Positions 52,200-61,738 of a stretch of DNA of 64,000 nt are shown one piece after another. The stretch covers positions 7,266 to 71,265 of the forward strand of contig MEXR01000032.1 of assembly GCA_001773775.1 (NCBI GenBank), given 5' to 3'. A model generated the notes under the pieces. It saw only the letters and a list, made by a program, of their open reading frames with translations, did no database searches and was not told the DNA's origin. The position numbers and the translations under genes were made by a program. Source of the stretch: Candidatus Amesbacteria bacterium RIFOXYB1_FULL_44_23 (GTDB lineage: Bacteria > Patescibacteriota > Microgenomatia > CAZETR01 > Amesbacteraceae). Positions within the stretch are counted from its first letter, which is position 1, and each line of letters begins with the position of its first letter.

Positions 52200-54248
52200 A
52201 TGAACTTGATTATTGTTGAGTCGCCAACTAAAGCCAGGACACTGGCTCGTTTTTTGGGGGCTGGATTTGAAATCCGAGCCAGTTACGGCCATGTCAGAGA
52301 TTTGCCACAAAGAAAGATGGGGGTAAAGATCATTTCTCCTAAGGCTAAAGATTCAGACGGATCGGGTGAATACAAATTCGTGCCCGAATATGTGATGGTG
52401 GATAAGCAAAAGGAGAGAGTAGATGAGATTAAGAAGTTGAGCGAACAGGCTGAGAAAGTATACCTGGCAACAGACCCTGACCGAGAAGGAGAAGCAATTG
52501 CCTGGCACGTGGGACAAGTGCTGGACGTCAAAGGGCTCACCCGGCGAATTGAGTTTCATGAAATTACCGAGAAAGCGATTAAGCTAGCTTTGGAAGATCC
52601 GCGGGAGATTGATACTAAGCTCGTAGACGCCCAACAGGCCAGAAGAATTCTGGACCGGTTGGTGGGATACAAGTTGTCACCTCTTTTGTGGAGAAAAATC
52701 AGAAAAGGACTGTCGGCCGGAAGAGTGCAGAGTGTGGCCGTTCGGCTAATTGTTGATAGGGAACGGGAGATTGAAGCGTTTAAGCCGGAGGAGTATTGGA
52801 ACATCTCAGTTCTGGTTAAGGATGGCCAAAATTCAAAATTTGCGGTAACGCTGGTAGAAAAAAACGGGGAGAAAATAAAAGTTGTCAACGGTGATCAGGC
52901 ACATCAGGTAGAGGAAGATTTGCGACAGGCGATGTATGAAGTTGAGAAGGTGGAGGAGAAGGAAATTAAAAAGTCGCCCCCGGCTCCGTTTACTACTTCC
53001 AGTTTGCAGCAAACAGCGGCAAACAAACTTGGATGGACAGCCAAAAGAACCATGCAGGTGGCTCAAATGCTGTACGAGGAAGGCTACATAACGTATCACA
53101 GGACCGATTCAACCAATGTTGCTACGGAGGCAGCTGAGGGAGTGGCGGTATTTATCACCAACGGCTTCGGGAAGGAATATGCTTTGGATAAACCAAGGTT
53201 TTATAAGACAAAATCAAAAGTGGCCCAAGAGGCACATGAGGCAATCAGGCCTACAGATTTTAGCTCTCAGCACACTGAACATTCGGCACAATTAAACAGG
53301 GATCAGGCCAGATTGTATGAGTTGATATGGAAAAGATTTGTAGGCTGCCAGATGGCGGAAGCGACCGGGGTAAGTGTCAAAGTAAGCGTGAGTGGTAAAA
53401 CCAGCGGAGCAAGTTATGGACTGGAAGCAAAAGGGGAAACGATTAAGTTTGATGGCTGGTTGAAGCTGTATGAAACCGGCGGCCGAAAGGTGCAAGCGGC
53501 AACCGAGGAGTTGGACGAGAAAGAAAATGAAGTGCTGACTTTGCCGGAGATAAAAACAGGTGAGAAATTGGAGTTTGTAGATTTTTCTGGCGAGCAGAAA
53601 TTCACCCAACCTCCGGCTAGGTACAATGACGCCTCTTTAATCAAGGCGCTGGAGGAAAGAGGTATCGGCAGGCCGAGTACGTATGCTCCGATACTGACTA
53701 CGATTCAGGAGCGCCAGTATGTGGAAAGACTGGAAAAAAGACTGAAACCGACCAGTCTGGGAATTGCGGTAAGCGATTTTCTGGTAGCAAACTTTACCGG
53801 GATCGTGGATTACGGATTTACGGCCAGAATGGAGGATGAACTGGACGAAATTGCTAACGGGGACAGACTGTGGCAGCCGACTATTTCTGAGTTCTACGGT
53901 CCATTTGAAGCAGAACTATTAAAAGTCTCGGAAACGGCTCAAAGAGTCAAAGTAGAAGTGGAAATTACCGGGGACAAATGTCCGACATGCGGGCAGGGAG
54001 ATGTGGTGGTCAGGATAGGCAAGTTCGGCAAGTTTTTGGCCTGCAGTAGGTATCCGGAATGCACTTACAAAGCTAATTGGCAGGAAAAAATCGGAGTGGC
54101 TTGTCCCAAATGCGGCGGAGATGTAATTATGAGGAAAACAAAGTCGCACAAGAATTTTTACGGCTGCAGCAATTATCCGAACTGTGATTTTGCCAGTTGG
54201 ACTAAGCCTAAAGCAGAGGCTACGGAAACAGGAGGAAAAAATGAGTGA
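52200..54248 (+). CDS. topA: DNA topoisomerase I
   Basis: IVESPTKA, ATDPDREGEAI, SAGRVQS, ITYHRTD, GIGRPSTY, C4 Zn ribbons. Confidence 0.98.
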   Translation: MNLIIVESPTKARTLARFLGAGFEIRASYGHVRDLPQRKMGVKIISPKAKDSDGSGEYKFVPEYVMVDKQKERVDEIKKLSEQAEKVYLATDPDREGEAIAWHVGQVLDVKGLTRRIEFHEITEKAIKLALEDPREIDTKLVDAQQARRILDRLVGYKLSPLLWRKIRKGLSAGRVQSVAVRLIVDREREIEAFKPEEYWNISVLVKDGQNSKFAVTLVEKNGEKIKVVNGDQAHQVEEDLRQAMYEVEKVEEKEIKKSPPAPFTTSSLQQTAANKLGWTAKRTMQVAQMLYEEGYITYHRTDSTNVATEAAEGVAVFITNGFGKEYALDKPRFYKTKSKVAQEAHEAIRPTDFSSQHTEHSAQLNRDQARLYELIWKRFVGCQMAEATGVSVKVSVSGKTSGASYGLEAKGETIKFDGWLKLYETGGRKVQAATEELDEKENEVLTLPEIKTGEKLEFVDFSGEQKFTQPPARYNDASLIKALEERGIGRPSTYAPILTTIQERQYVERLEKRLKPTSLGIAVSDFLVANFTGIVDYGFTARMEDELDEIANGDRLWQPTISEFYGPFEAELLKVSETAQRVKVEVEITGDKCPTCGQGDVVVRIGKFGKFLACSRYPECTYKANWQEKIGVACPKCGGDVIMRKTKSHKNFYGCSNYPNCDFASWTKPKAEATETGGKNE

Positions 54249-54618
54249 TCAGTCCAGTCGGGAAGATGAGCCAAGGGTGCATAGCGCCGCCGCCAGAACG
54301 GTTAGAGACGGAACGGCAGTAACAGTGGTAACACTCCTAGCTTCCGCTATTTCCGAAAAGTTTGGGGGAGGGGGGTTTGCGGTTGGACTGTTAGCTATGA
54401 CAATTCTGGCTGGAGTGCAAGCGGTGTCTAAAGTCGAGGCGCATCAGGAGTTGAACGGAGCAAAGATAGAAGAGGTTCCGGGGGCGGGTTTAGTACGTGA
54501 AGTGAGGGCGCAGACTGAAGCTTTTCTGGCTGTACTTAAAAATCTGAGAAGGGAGCCGAAATCAGAAGAGCGGGAGAAAGTAAGCGGGGGGATACAGGAG
54601 TTATCAAACGGAGATTAA
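54241..54618 (+). CDS. Small membrane protein
   Basis: GGAGG SD; 2 TM. Confidence 0.6.
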   Translation: MSDQSSREDEPRVHSAAARTVRDGTAVTVVTLLASAISEKFGGGGFAVGLLAMTILAGVQAVSKVEAHQELNGAKIEEVPGAGLVREVRAQTEAFLAVLKNLRREPKSEEREKVSGGIQELSNGD

Positions 54619-54675
54619 ATCGGTTTGGATCGTACAACACATTGCAAATAGTGTTGGTTTGAGTAAAATAAGCCA

Positions 54676-55281
54676 ATGAGTGCAAGGAAAGGTTTGTTTG
54701 TGGTGCTTTACGGTCCATCCGGAGTAGGTAAGACCAAACAACTGGATTTGTTGGAAGAAAGATTGAGACGGGAGGGAATAGTAAATAAAAGAGTGGAGTA
54801 TCCGATTTACGATTTGGCGGAAGCAGGACCAACGTTAAAAAAGATTTTATGGAGGCAAAAAGCAGCCCCAGCCGAAGAACAAATGCAGGAACTGTTCGCC
54901 CAGAACAGACGGGATTTCGAGCCCACCCTGAGAACGTGGCTTGATTCAGGAGTGACTGTTCTGGCTGAAGACTACAAAGGTACGGGAATTGTGTGGGGGT
55001 CAGTAAGAGGAGTGGATCCAAAGAGAGTGGAAGAGATCAATGATGGATTTGAAGATCCGGATGTGTCGATACTGATTGACGGACCAAGAAGACTGGATTT
55101 ACGACCCGGGGAGGGTCACATCTACCAACAGAACGAGGATGAGTGGTATCGGGCCAGAAAGATGTACCTGGGAATGGCTGACAAATACGGCTGGATAAGA
55201 GTCGGAGCGGATGCTCCGATTTTGACTGTGGCCGGTAGGATTTGGACTGTGGTTAGACTAGCACTGGCGATGAAGAAGTAA
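54676..55281 (+). CDS. Divergent thymidylate kinase-like P-loop protein
   Basis: FVVLYGPSGVGKTKQ, LFAQNR, AEDYKGTG (DRY-equivalent), PDVSILID. Confidence 0.75.
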   Translation: MSARKGLFVVLYGPSGVGKTKQLDLLEERLRREGIVNKRVEYPIYDLAEAGPTLKKILWRQKAAPAEEQMQELFAQNRRDFEPTLRTWLDSGVTVLAEDYKGTGIVWGSVRGVDPKRVEEINDGFEDPDVSILIDGPRRLDLRPGEGHIYQQNEDEWYRARKMYLGMADKYGWIRVGADAPILTVAGRIWTVVRLALAMKK

Positions 55282-55712
55282 TGCGAGTCAAGATTAAGAG
55301 GTTCGATTTGAGTTTGCCCTTGCCTGAATATAAAACAGCTAAGGCTACTTCTGCAGATCTAAATGCCAGAGAACGCGTGGAAATAAAACCAGGTGAAGTA
55401 AAACTGATCGGTTTAAATATTGCCATAAAAATACCCAACGGATATGTGGGGATTTTGGCAGCTAGAAGTTCAACTCATAAGTTAGGATTAATGGCGGCAA
55501 ACGGTGTGGGAATAATCGATCCGGATTATTGCGGAGATGAAGATGAATGGAAGCTGGCGGCTTTCAATTTTACAAAGAAAAAAGTGGTGGTGGAGAAGGG
55601 GACTCGAATTGCTCAGGTGTTGTTTTTGCCTTGTAAAAGGGCGAAGTGGACGGAGGTTAAAAAAATGGGAATCAGGAACAGAGGAGGATTTGGAACAACG
55701 GGAGTTAAGTAG
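55281..55712 (+). CDS. dut: dUTP diphosphatase
   Basis: ARSS, GIIDPDYCG, RIAQ, RGGFGTTG. Confidence 0.95.
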   Translation: MRVKIKRFDLSLPLPEYKTAKATSADLNARERVEIKPGEVKLIGLNIAIKIPNGYVGILAARSSTHKLGLMAANGVGIIDPDYCGDEDEWKLAAFNFTKKKVVVEKGTRIAQVLFLPCKRAKWTEVKKMGIRNRGGFGTTGVK

Positions 55713-55772
55713 TGTGGAAATTTGTAATAAAACCGTTGGTAATTTAAATAGAAGTGTGATAGAAATTTGTGA

Positions 55773-56636
55773 ATGAAATTGGAAGACGGAAGCTATGCGC
55801 CGGCGGAATTTGCACAGGAGTTTGTGGCCAACAGGACTGATTTGACGTATCACGCACTACTACATCGGGTTTTAACTGAAGGGGAAAGGCGGCCAGACAG
55901 GACAGGAGTGGGTACAATCGGAGTATTTGGACATTTTATGGAGTTTGATTTAAGAACACACTTTCCTCTTGGTACCACCAAGAGGTTAAGTTTTAAATCT
56001 ATAGCGGAAGAGCTGTTATGGTTTTTGAGAGGTGAGCAGAATATCCGTTCTTTGCAGGAGCGGGGGGTCAGCATTTGGGATGAGTGGGCTGATGCTGATG
56101 GTAATTTGGGACCGGTATATGGAGTGCAATGGCGAGGTTGGATGACAGCAGGTGGGCAGCGGGTTGATCAAATCGCTAATGTGATTAATGATTTGAGACA
56201 TAATCCACATAGCCGGAGACACATTGTGAGCGCATGGAACGTGGGTGAGATACAGAAGATGGCACTACCTCCGTGCCATTTGTTAGTTCAATTTTACGTG
56301 GATGCCCAAAAAAAATTGTCTGGTCAAATGTATCAACGTTCGGCTGATATTTTTTTGGGGGTGCCGTTTAATATAGCTTCATATGCATTGTTAACCCGGA
56401 TGGTGGCCCAGGTGGTCGGACTTGAACCCGGTTGGCTTAAAATGATTTTAGGGGACGCTCATTTGTATTTGAATCACCTGGAACAGGCAAGGGAACAGTT
56501 AAGCCGGACGCCATTTCCTTCACCAAGGTTGGAGCTGGATCCGGGAGTGACCGAGATTGATGATTTTAGATTTGAACATATTAAGTTGGTTGGCTACCAA
56601 TCTCATCCTTCAATAAAAGCTCAGATTGCGGTGTAG
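55773..56636 (+). CDS. thyA: Thymidylate synthase
   Basis: [46 protein letters not shown]. Confidence 0.98.
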   Translation: MKLEDGSYAPAEFAQEFVANRTDLTYHALLHRVLTEGERRPDRTGVGTIGVFGHFMEFDLRTHFPLGTTKRLSFKSIAEELLWFLRGEQNIRSLQERGVSIWDEWADADGNLGPVYGVQWRGWMTAGGQRVDQIANVINDLRHNPHSRRHIVSAWNVGEIQKMALPPCHLLVQFYVDAQKKLSGQMYQRSADIFLGVPFNIASYALLTRMVAQVVGLEPGWLKMILGDAHLYLNHLEQAREQLSRTPFPSPRLELDPGVTEIDDFRFEHIKLVGYQSHPSIKAQIAV

Positions 56637-56661
56637 GGGGGGTGTGATATATTGGGCGGAA

Positions 56662-56997
56662 ATGATGGTAGAGCAGGAAGTGATGAAAATCAGACCCAGG
56701 TTGCGAATCGGAGCAGCAGGACAAATGACTTTTTTGGCAGGGACCAGAGCTCAGGTAGAACGATCCCACAGGCGGGCGATAGGAATAGGACCAAAAGAGG
56801 AGGAGGCCAAACGAGAAGAAATGTTGGAAAGTTTGGATTATCATCCACGTTACTTGGCACTTGGCTGTCCGCAGTTTTTTGAATTTAGATTCGGAGCAGA
56901 TCTGACAGAATGGATATGCCGCTTGGACGAACCGGGTGATCCTAGGTGTATGAGTAGAAATATGTCACTCGCATTAAAGTTACTTAAGAAGTTGTGA
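56662..56997 (+). CDS. Hypothetical protein inside the dTTP operon
   Basis: GCPQF...WIC...RC; fills the thyA-tmk gap. Confidence 0.5.
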   Translation: MMVEQEVMKIRPRLRIGAAGQMTFLAGTRAQVERSHRRAIGIGPKEEEAKREEMLESLDYHPRYLALGCPQFFEFRFGADLTEWICRLDEPGDPRCMSRNMSLALKLLKKL

Positions 56998-57010
56998 TAT
57001 ATTGTGCGAA

Positions 57011-57667
57011 ATGGGGACTGAAAAAGGGGCATTTATTACTTTTGAGGGTGATGACGGGTGTGGAAAAACGAGCACAATTGGTGAGATCGCTCCAACATTG
57101 ATGAAGATGGGGGTATCTGTATTGTCTGTCCATGAACCAGGTGGGACACAAATAAGCGAACAGATAAGGGGTGTGTTGAGTGCTCATGGAAATCACATGA
57201 TCAGTCCTAGAACTGAGGCATTATTATTTCAAGGAGCCAGGGCTCAGTTGGTGGATGAAAAAATTTTGCCATGGTTGAAAGCAGGGGGAGTGGTATTATC
57301 TGACAGGTTTTACGATAGCACTTTGGCGTATCAGGGTTATGCCAGGGGATTGGACATGGGGGAGTTGAGGCAATTGATAAAATTTGCAACTGGCGGTCTG
57401 AAGCCAGATTTAACTCTTTTTTTTGATGTGCAACCAGAGATTGGGTTGGCTCGGGCTAGTGGGAGAGGTGAAATGGATCGGCTAGATTTGGAAAAATTGC
57501 CTTTCCACAAGAAAGTCTACGAAGGATATCAGGCGTTGATGAAAGAGGAGCCACAGAGATGGAGAAGGGTTGATGCTGGGAAGGATTTGGTCAGTGTTCA
57601 GGCGGAGGCGACAGGCTTGGTGTTGGAATTTTTACGATTAAGAGGAATAGGGCTTTTAGGGTTATAA
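57011..57667 (+). CDS. tmk: Thymidylate kinase
   Basis: FITFEGDDGCGKTS, EPGGT, SDRFYDSTLAYQG, PDLT. Confidence 0.95.
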   Translation: MGTEKGAFITFEGDDGCGKTSTIGEIAPTLMKMGVSVLSVHEPGGTQISEQIRGVLSAHGNHMISPRTEALLFQGARAQLVDEKILPWLKAGGVVLSDRFYDSTLAYQGYARGLDMGELRQLIKFATGGLKPDLTLFFDVQPEIGLARASGRGEMDRLDLEKLPFHKKVYEGYQALMKEEPQRWRRVDAGKDLVSVQAEATGLVLEFLRLRGIGLLGL

Positions 57668-57674
57668 TTTGGGG

Positions 57675-59003
57675 ATGGATAAACAAGTGGGGGAGTTGAT
57701 TTACCAGGAGGAAGAAAGACAGCAAAAAACTCTGGCGCTTATTCCTTCAGAGAATTATGCCAGCCCGGCAGTTCGTGAAGCGATGGCCAGCTGCTTTGCC
57801 AACAAGTATGCAGAAGGGTATCCCCAAAAAAGATACTACCAAGGAAACGAAGTGGTCGATAAGTTAGAACGGTTGTGTCAGGAAAGGGCACAAAAGTTGT
57901 TTGGTGTACCCCATGTAAACGTTCAACCATTGTCCGGAGCGCCGGCAAATCTGGCAATAATTAAAGCATTATGGTCGGATAAAAATGATGTTCAATTATC
58001 TCAATTATTGTCTTCAGGGGGCCATTTATCTATGGGCCAGGAAGTGTCAGTTACTAACATGGTGATGCCGGCTGTTTTTTACACTTTGGACAAATCAGGC
58101 GAGATTAACTGGGAGGAACTTTTTGCCAAAGCCAGAGAGCACAAGCCAAGAATCATCTGGTCCGGGGGAACCGGTTACACCAGGATATTTCATTGGGAGA
58201 AGTACAGACTGATTGCTGACGAAGTGGGGGCCTATTTTGTGGCCGACATTTCGCATATCGGAGGACTGGTGGCAGGGGGAGCTCATCCGACACCTGTGCC
58301 TTATGCAGATGTAGTGATGACGACGACCCATAAATCACTGCGAGGCCCTCGGGGAGCTATGATTATGGTGACTGATCGGGGACTGAAAAAGGATCCTGAC
58401 TTGGGTCAAAAAATTGATAAGGCAGTTTTTCCGGGAACTCAGGGTGGGCCTCACATGGAAAATGTAGCTGCCTTGGTGGTGGCTTTGGCAGAGGCGGGGA
58501 CAGAAGAGTTTAAAGAGTACTCCAGACAGATTGTAGCTAACGCCAACACTTTAGCTTCTGAACTGGCCATCCGGGGTTATGAACTGGTTGGGGGAGGAAC
58601 TGAGAATCATATGGTGTGGATTGATTTAAGCAACAAAGGGATTGACGGTTGGACTGCGGCCTGGGCGCTTGAATACGCCGGAATGATTGCCAACCGACAA
58701 ACCGTGCCTGATGATGCCAAGTCGGCTTATTATCCTTCGGGGCTACGGTTGGGAACTCCGGCTGTGACCACCAGGGGAATGAAAGAAGCCGAGATGAAAA
58801 CAATCGCCGGGTGGATTGATAAAGCGGTGGAGAGTTGCCGGGTTGCGGTTGGCAGCAAATACAAAGATATCGGAAATCCGGATAAAGTGAAAGACCAGGA
58901 GGCGAGAAAGAAATTCAAAGATGAGATGGCTTCAGATGCCGTTCTGGCTGGAATTAAAAAAGAAGTTGAAGAGTTGTGCGGGAGGTTTTTATGCCCGCGG
59001 TAA
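57675..59003 (+). CDS. glyA: Serine hydroxymethyltransferase
   Basis: LIPSENY, NKYAEGYP, TTTHKSLRGPRG, SGLRLGTPA. Confidence 0.97.
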   Translation: MDKQVGELIYQEEERQQKTLALIPSENYASPAVREAMASCFANKYAEGYPQKRYYQGNEVVDKLERLCQERAQKLFGVPHVNVQPLSGAPANLAIIKALWSDKNDVQLSQLLSSGGHLSMGQEVSVTNMVMPAVFYTLDKSGEINWEELFAKAREHKPRIIWSGGTGYTRIFHWEKYRLIADEVGAYFVADISHIGGLVAGGAHPTPVPYADVVMTTTHKSLRGPRGAMIMVTDRGLKKDPDLGQKIDKAVFPGTQGGPHMENVAALVVALAEAGTEEFKEYSRQIVANANTLASELAIRGYELVGGGTENHMVWIDLSNKGIDGWTAAWALEYAGMIANRQTVPDDAKSAYYPSGLRLGTPAVTTRGMKEAEMKTIAGWIDKAVESCRVAVGSKYKDIGNPDKVKDQEARKKFKDEMASDAVLAGIKKEVEELCGRFLCPR

Positions 59004-59758
59004 TTTTTGACGGAAAAAAACTGGCTTTTGAAATTACAAAAGAACTGGAGATGAAAGTAGCCGGGTTGAATAAGAAAAAAGGCAGAAGATTGAAGCTGGT
59101 AACTATTTATAACCCGGATCATGAACCAAGCCGGGTGTACTCGAATATTAAGCAGAAAAAAGCAGAGGAAATCGGGGTGGAGTTTGAGAAGGTGCCGGTT
59201 GGGGGAATGACAGTGGAGCAAATAAGCCGAATAATTGGAAAGCTCAATTTGGATTTATCAGTGGACGGGGTGATGGTCCAATTGCCGTTGGGAACTGCAA
59301 ACGACAAAGAATTAATTGATCAAATTGATTTAAAAAAAGACGTTGACGGACTTAGGGCTAACTCGGTGATAGTGCCGGCAACGGTGAGGGCAGTTTTAAA
59401 AATTCTGGGAGAATTATCTGAACAAAATAATAGTAAGGTGCTGGTGGTCGGTAACCTGGGGTTGGTGGGGGCAAGGTTACAAAAGGAACTGGGGTGTGAA
59501 GGAATGGACAAACATAACTTCGATTCGGAGAAAATTAAAAGCTTCGATGTAGTGATTGGCTGTACGGGTGAAGCGGGGCTAATCAAAGCCGAGATGGTCA
59601 AACAGGGTGTGGTGGCAATTGATGTAGGGTATCCGGTGGGGGATTTTGAACCAGATGTGGCTGATTCAGCTTCATTTTTAACCCCGGTACCCGGCGGAGT
59701 GGGACCGGTGACGGTGGCGATGTTGTTTGCAAATTTGGTGGACCTGGTGTCGGATTGA
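58991..59758 (+). CDS. folD: Methylenetetrahydrofolate dehydrogenase/cyclohydrolase
   Basis: DGVMVQLPL, KDVDG, IDVG, TPVPGGVGPVTVAML. Confidence 0.95.
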   Translation: MPAVIFDGKKLAFEITKELEMKVAGLNKKKGRRLKLVTIYNPDHEPSRVYSNIKQKKAEEIGVEFEKVPVGGMTVEQISRIIGKLNLDLSVDGVMVQLPLGTANDKELIDQIDLKKDVDGLRANSVIVPATVRAVLKILGELSEQNNSKVLVVGNLGLVGARLQKELGCEGMDKHNFDSEKIKSFDVVIGCTGEAGLIKAEMVKQGVVAIDVGYPVGDFEPDVADSASFLTPVPGGVGPVTVAMLFANLVDLVSD

Positions 59759-59790
59759 CTATCCTATAGTTTTATGGTTAAATTGTGGGT

Positions 59791-60627
59791 ATGAGTTTGG
59801 CGGAGACATTACATTTAGGTGAGGCGGCGGCTGTCTGGAGTGGTAGGTTTAATAAGAGTGGGGTTGAGAGTAAAGCGAGCGCGCAGCGAGTTCCGGAAGA
59901 TAAGAAAGAGAGACGGAGTTTTATGGCCGACAAGTGGAGCAAGTATGAGTCCAGGCTGATGACAGGCGAAATGTCGGTTCAGGAGGCAGTTGATGAGGCC
60001 AGACTGCAAACACGAGACGAGAGACGCCGGCTGGCACAGTCATTGTCCGGACGAATGAAAACCCGGGAAATGCGGGCATGGGCCACTGAACTGGAAGACG
60101 AACGCAGTGTTTGGTATGGAGTGAATCAAAAATTTCGAGGACAGGGAGAGGCCAGGATGGCAGCGGCCAAAAAGATTTACAGAGAACGACAAATGGTATT
60201 GTCAGAAGTGCCGTTACCTAAATCCGAGTTGGCAGACCCTAATTTAACCAGAAGAGCCGGATTGGCACTGACTTTGATGCAGGCCAGAGCAGAAGAGATA
60301 GTTGGACAAAAACCGGCTGGGAAAGTTTCGGGACAAGACAATCAACTTTCTGAACAGCCAGTGCAGAAGATATATTTAGAGGGTCAAGGCGGGGAAATAG
60401 TTTTGTATCAGCTGCGAAAAGCGGCGATCAGGCTGGATCGGGCCAATCGGGCGGTTGAGAGGTTCTTGGACCAGGGAGGATGTGGCAGGCTGGTGGGTGT
60501 GGCATTATTGGGATTGGCAGGACTTCTTGTTTGGCAGCTAGTCGACAATTACTCCGTTGTGTCGGAGTTTATTACTTGCGGCCCGGGTGGATATAATGAT
60601 TGCGGTTGGTTAAAGCCTGAGCCTTAA
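59791..60627 (+). CDS. Hypothetical protein with C-terminal TM
   Basis: Charged helical N-part, TM near the C-terminus. Confidence 0.7.
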   Translation: MSLAETLHLGEAAAVWSGRFNKSGVESKASAQRVPEDKKERRSFMADKWSKYESRLMTGEMSVQEAVDEARLQTRDERRRLAQSLSGRMKTREMRAWATELEDERSVWYGVNQKFRGQGEARMAAAKKIYRERQMVLSEVPLPKSELADPNLTRRAGLALTLMQARAEEIVGQKPAGKVSGQDNQLSEQPVQKIYLEGQGGEIVLYQLRKAAIRLDRANRAVERFLDQGGCGRLVGVALLGLAGLLVWQLVDNYSVVSEFITCGPGGYNDCGWLKPEP

Positions 60628-60645
60628 TTAGCCTTTTTAATCTAA

Positions 60646-61719
60646 ATGATAGACACGTCTGAGCCAGTGCCTATAGGTGAACTGCTTTTTTTAGGAAGAA
60701 AGTTTGAGTGGAGTAAAAACTTGTTGGAGCCGGAAAAAGTCAGGAATCAATTTCAAGCCTTTACTAAAACCCACCCGGAAATTGCCATTTCGGCTCAGGA
60801 GACCGTAAACACCATCACTACCAGCAACAAGATGGCAGCAGAAATATATGAACGATTTTGCCCGGCGGAATACTTAAATTTGGTTTACCACAACGCGGAT
60901 CATGAAGCAGTTACCGGACTGACCGGTCTGAAACTGTTTTTGGGTGGATTGGTCAAACTAGCAGACAAGCCGGAGTATAAGGAGTATTTTGGTGACAGGC
61001 AGAAAGTGGGAAAGCTGATAACCACCGTGGCTTTTTGTCTGGCTAACCATGAAGTGGACGACTGGTTTGATAGGATGGATGAGAATTTTAATCAGGAACA
61101 GATAGAACAAAAGCAGGCGGTGATTGCTGACGGGAAAGCAAAAGTAAGAGAACTTTTAGAAGTGCAAAAAATTAACCCATGGGATTTTCAGGGCTTGGTT
61201 AGTTTGGATGCGTTTTCTGAACCGGTTGAGGTATCTCTTAAGAAGGCAACTGATACACCACAGGCGATTCGGGATTTTTTGGAAGTGGGCAGACAGTCAC
61301 AGTCGGAGGTATTGGCTGATTTGGTTTCGGATAAAGGCCTGAGACAAGAGATACTGCGGGTATATGCAAATTCGGTCAGAGCAGCTGATTTTATGCAGAT
61401 ATTTAATCCGGCCTACAGACAGGAAATTCAGGTCAGGGGAGAGGATGGCCAGGTGCTGCGCAAGACCGCGGGGACAATTGCTTTGGCAACCGAAGTGATC
61501 AAATTCAGACCGAAAATGATTTCCGGAGCGGGGTGGTCAAAAAACGGAGATGGGGTGCTTGATTGGGGGAAAGTAGGCATGGATGCCGGGTTTTACCTGA
61601 AACTGGCCAAACCAAATATTGAATTGGGGCTTAATTATATGAGAAATTTTGATGCGGGTGAGTACGACCGGGCGATGGCAGTGAAAGGGGAATACGATAA
61701 CCGATTTGGAGCGAGTTAA
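60646..61719 (+). CDS. HD-like hypothetical protein
   Basis: YHNADH...NHEVDD...RAADF resembles the HD fold with HE in place of HD. Confidence 0.55.
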   Translation: MIDTSEPVPIGELLFLGRKFEWSKNLLEPEKVRNQFQAFTKTHPEIAISAQETVNTITTSNKMAAEIYERFCPAEYLNLVYHNADHEAVTGLTGLKLFLGGLVKLADKPEYKEYFGDRQKVGKLITTVAFCLANHEVDDWFDRMDENFNQEQIEQKQAVIADGKAKVRELLEVQKINPWDFQGLVSLDAFSEPVEVSLKKATDTPQAIRDFLEVGRQSQSEVLADLVSDKGLRQEILRVYANSVRAADFMQIFNPAYRQEIQVRGEDGQVLRKTAGTIALATEVIKFRPKMISGAGWSKNGDGVLDWGKVGMDAGFYLKLAKPNIELGLNYMRNFDAGEYDRAMAVKGEYDNRFGAS

Positions 61720-61738
61720 TTTGGTATCATGAGGGGAT

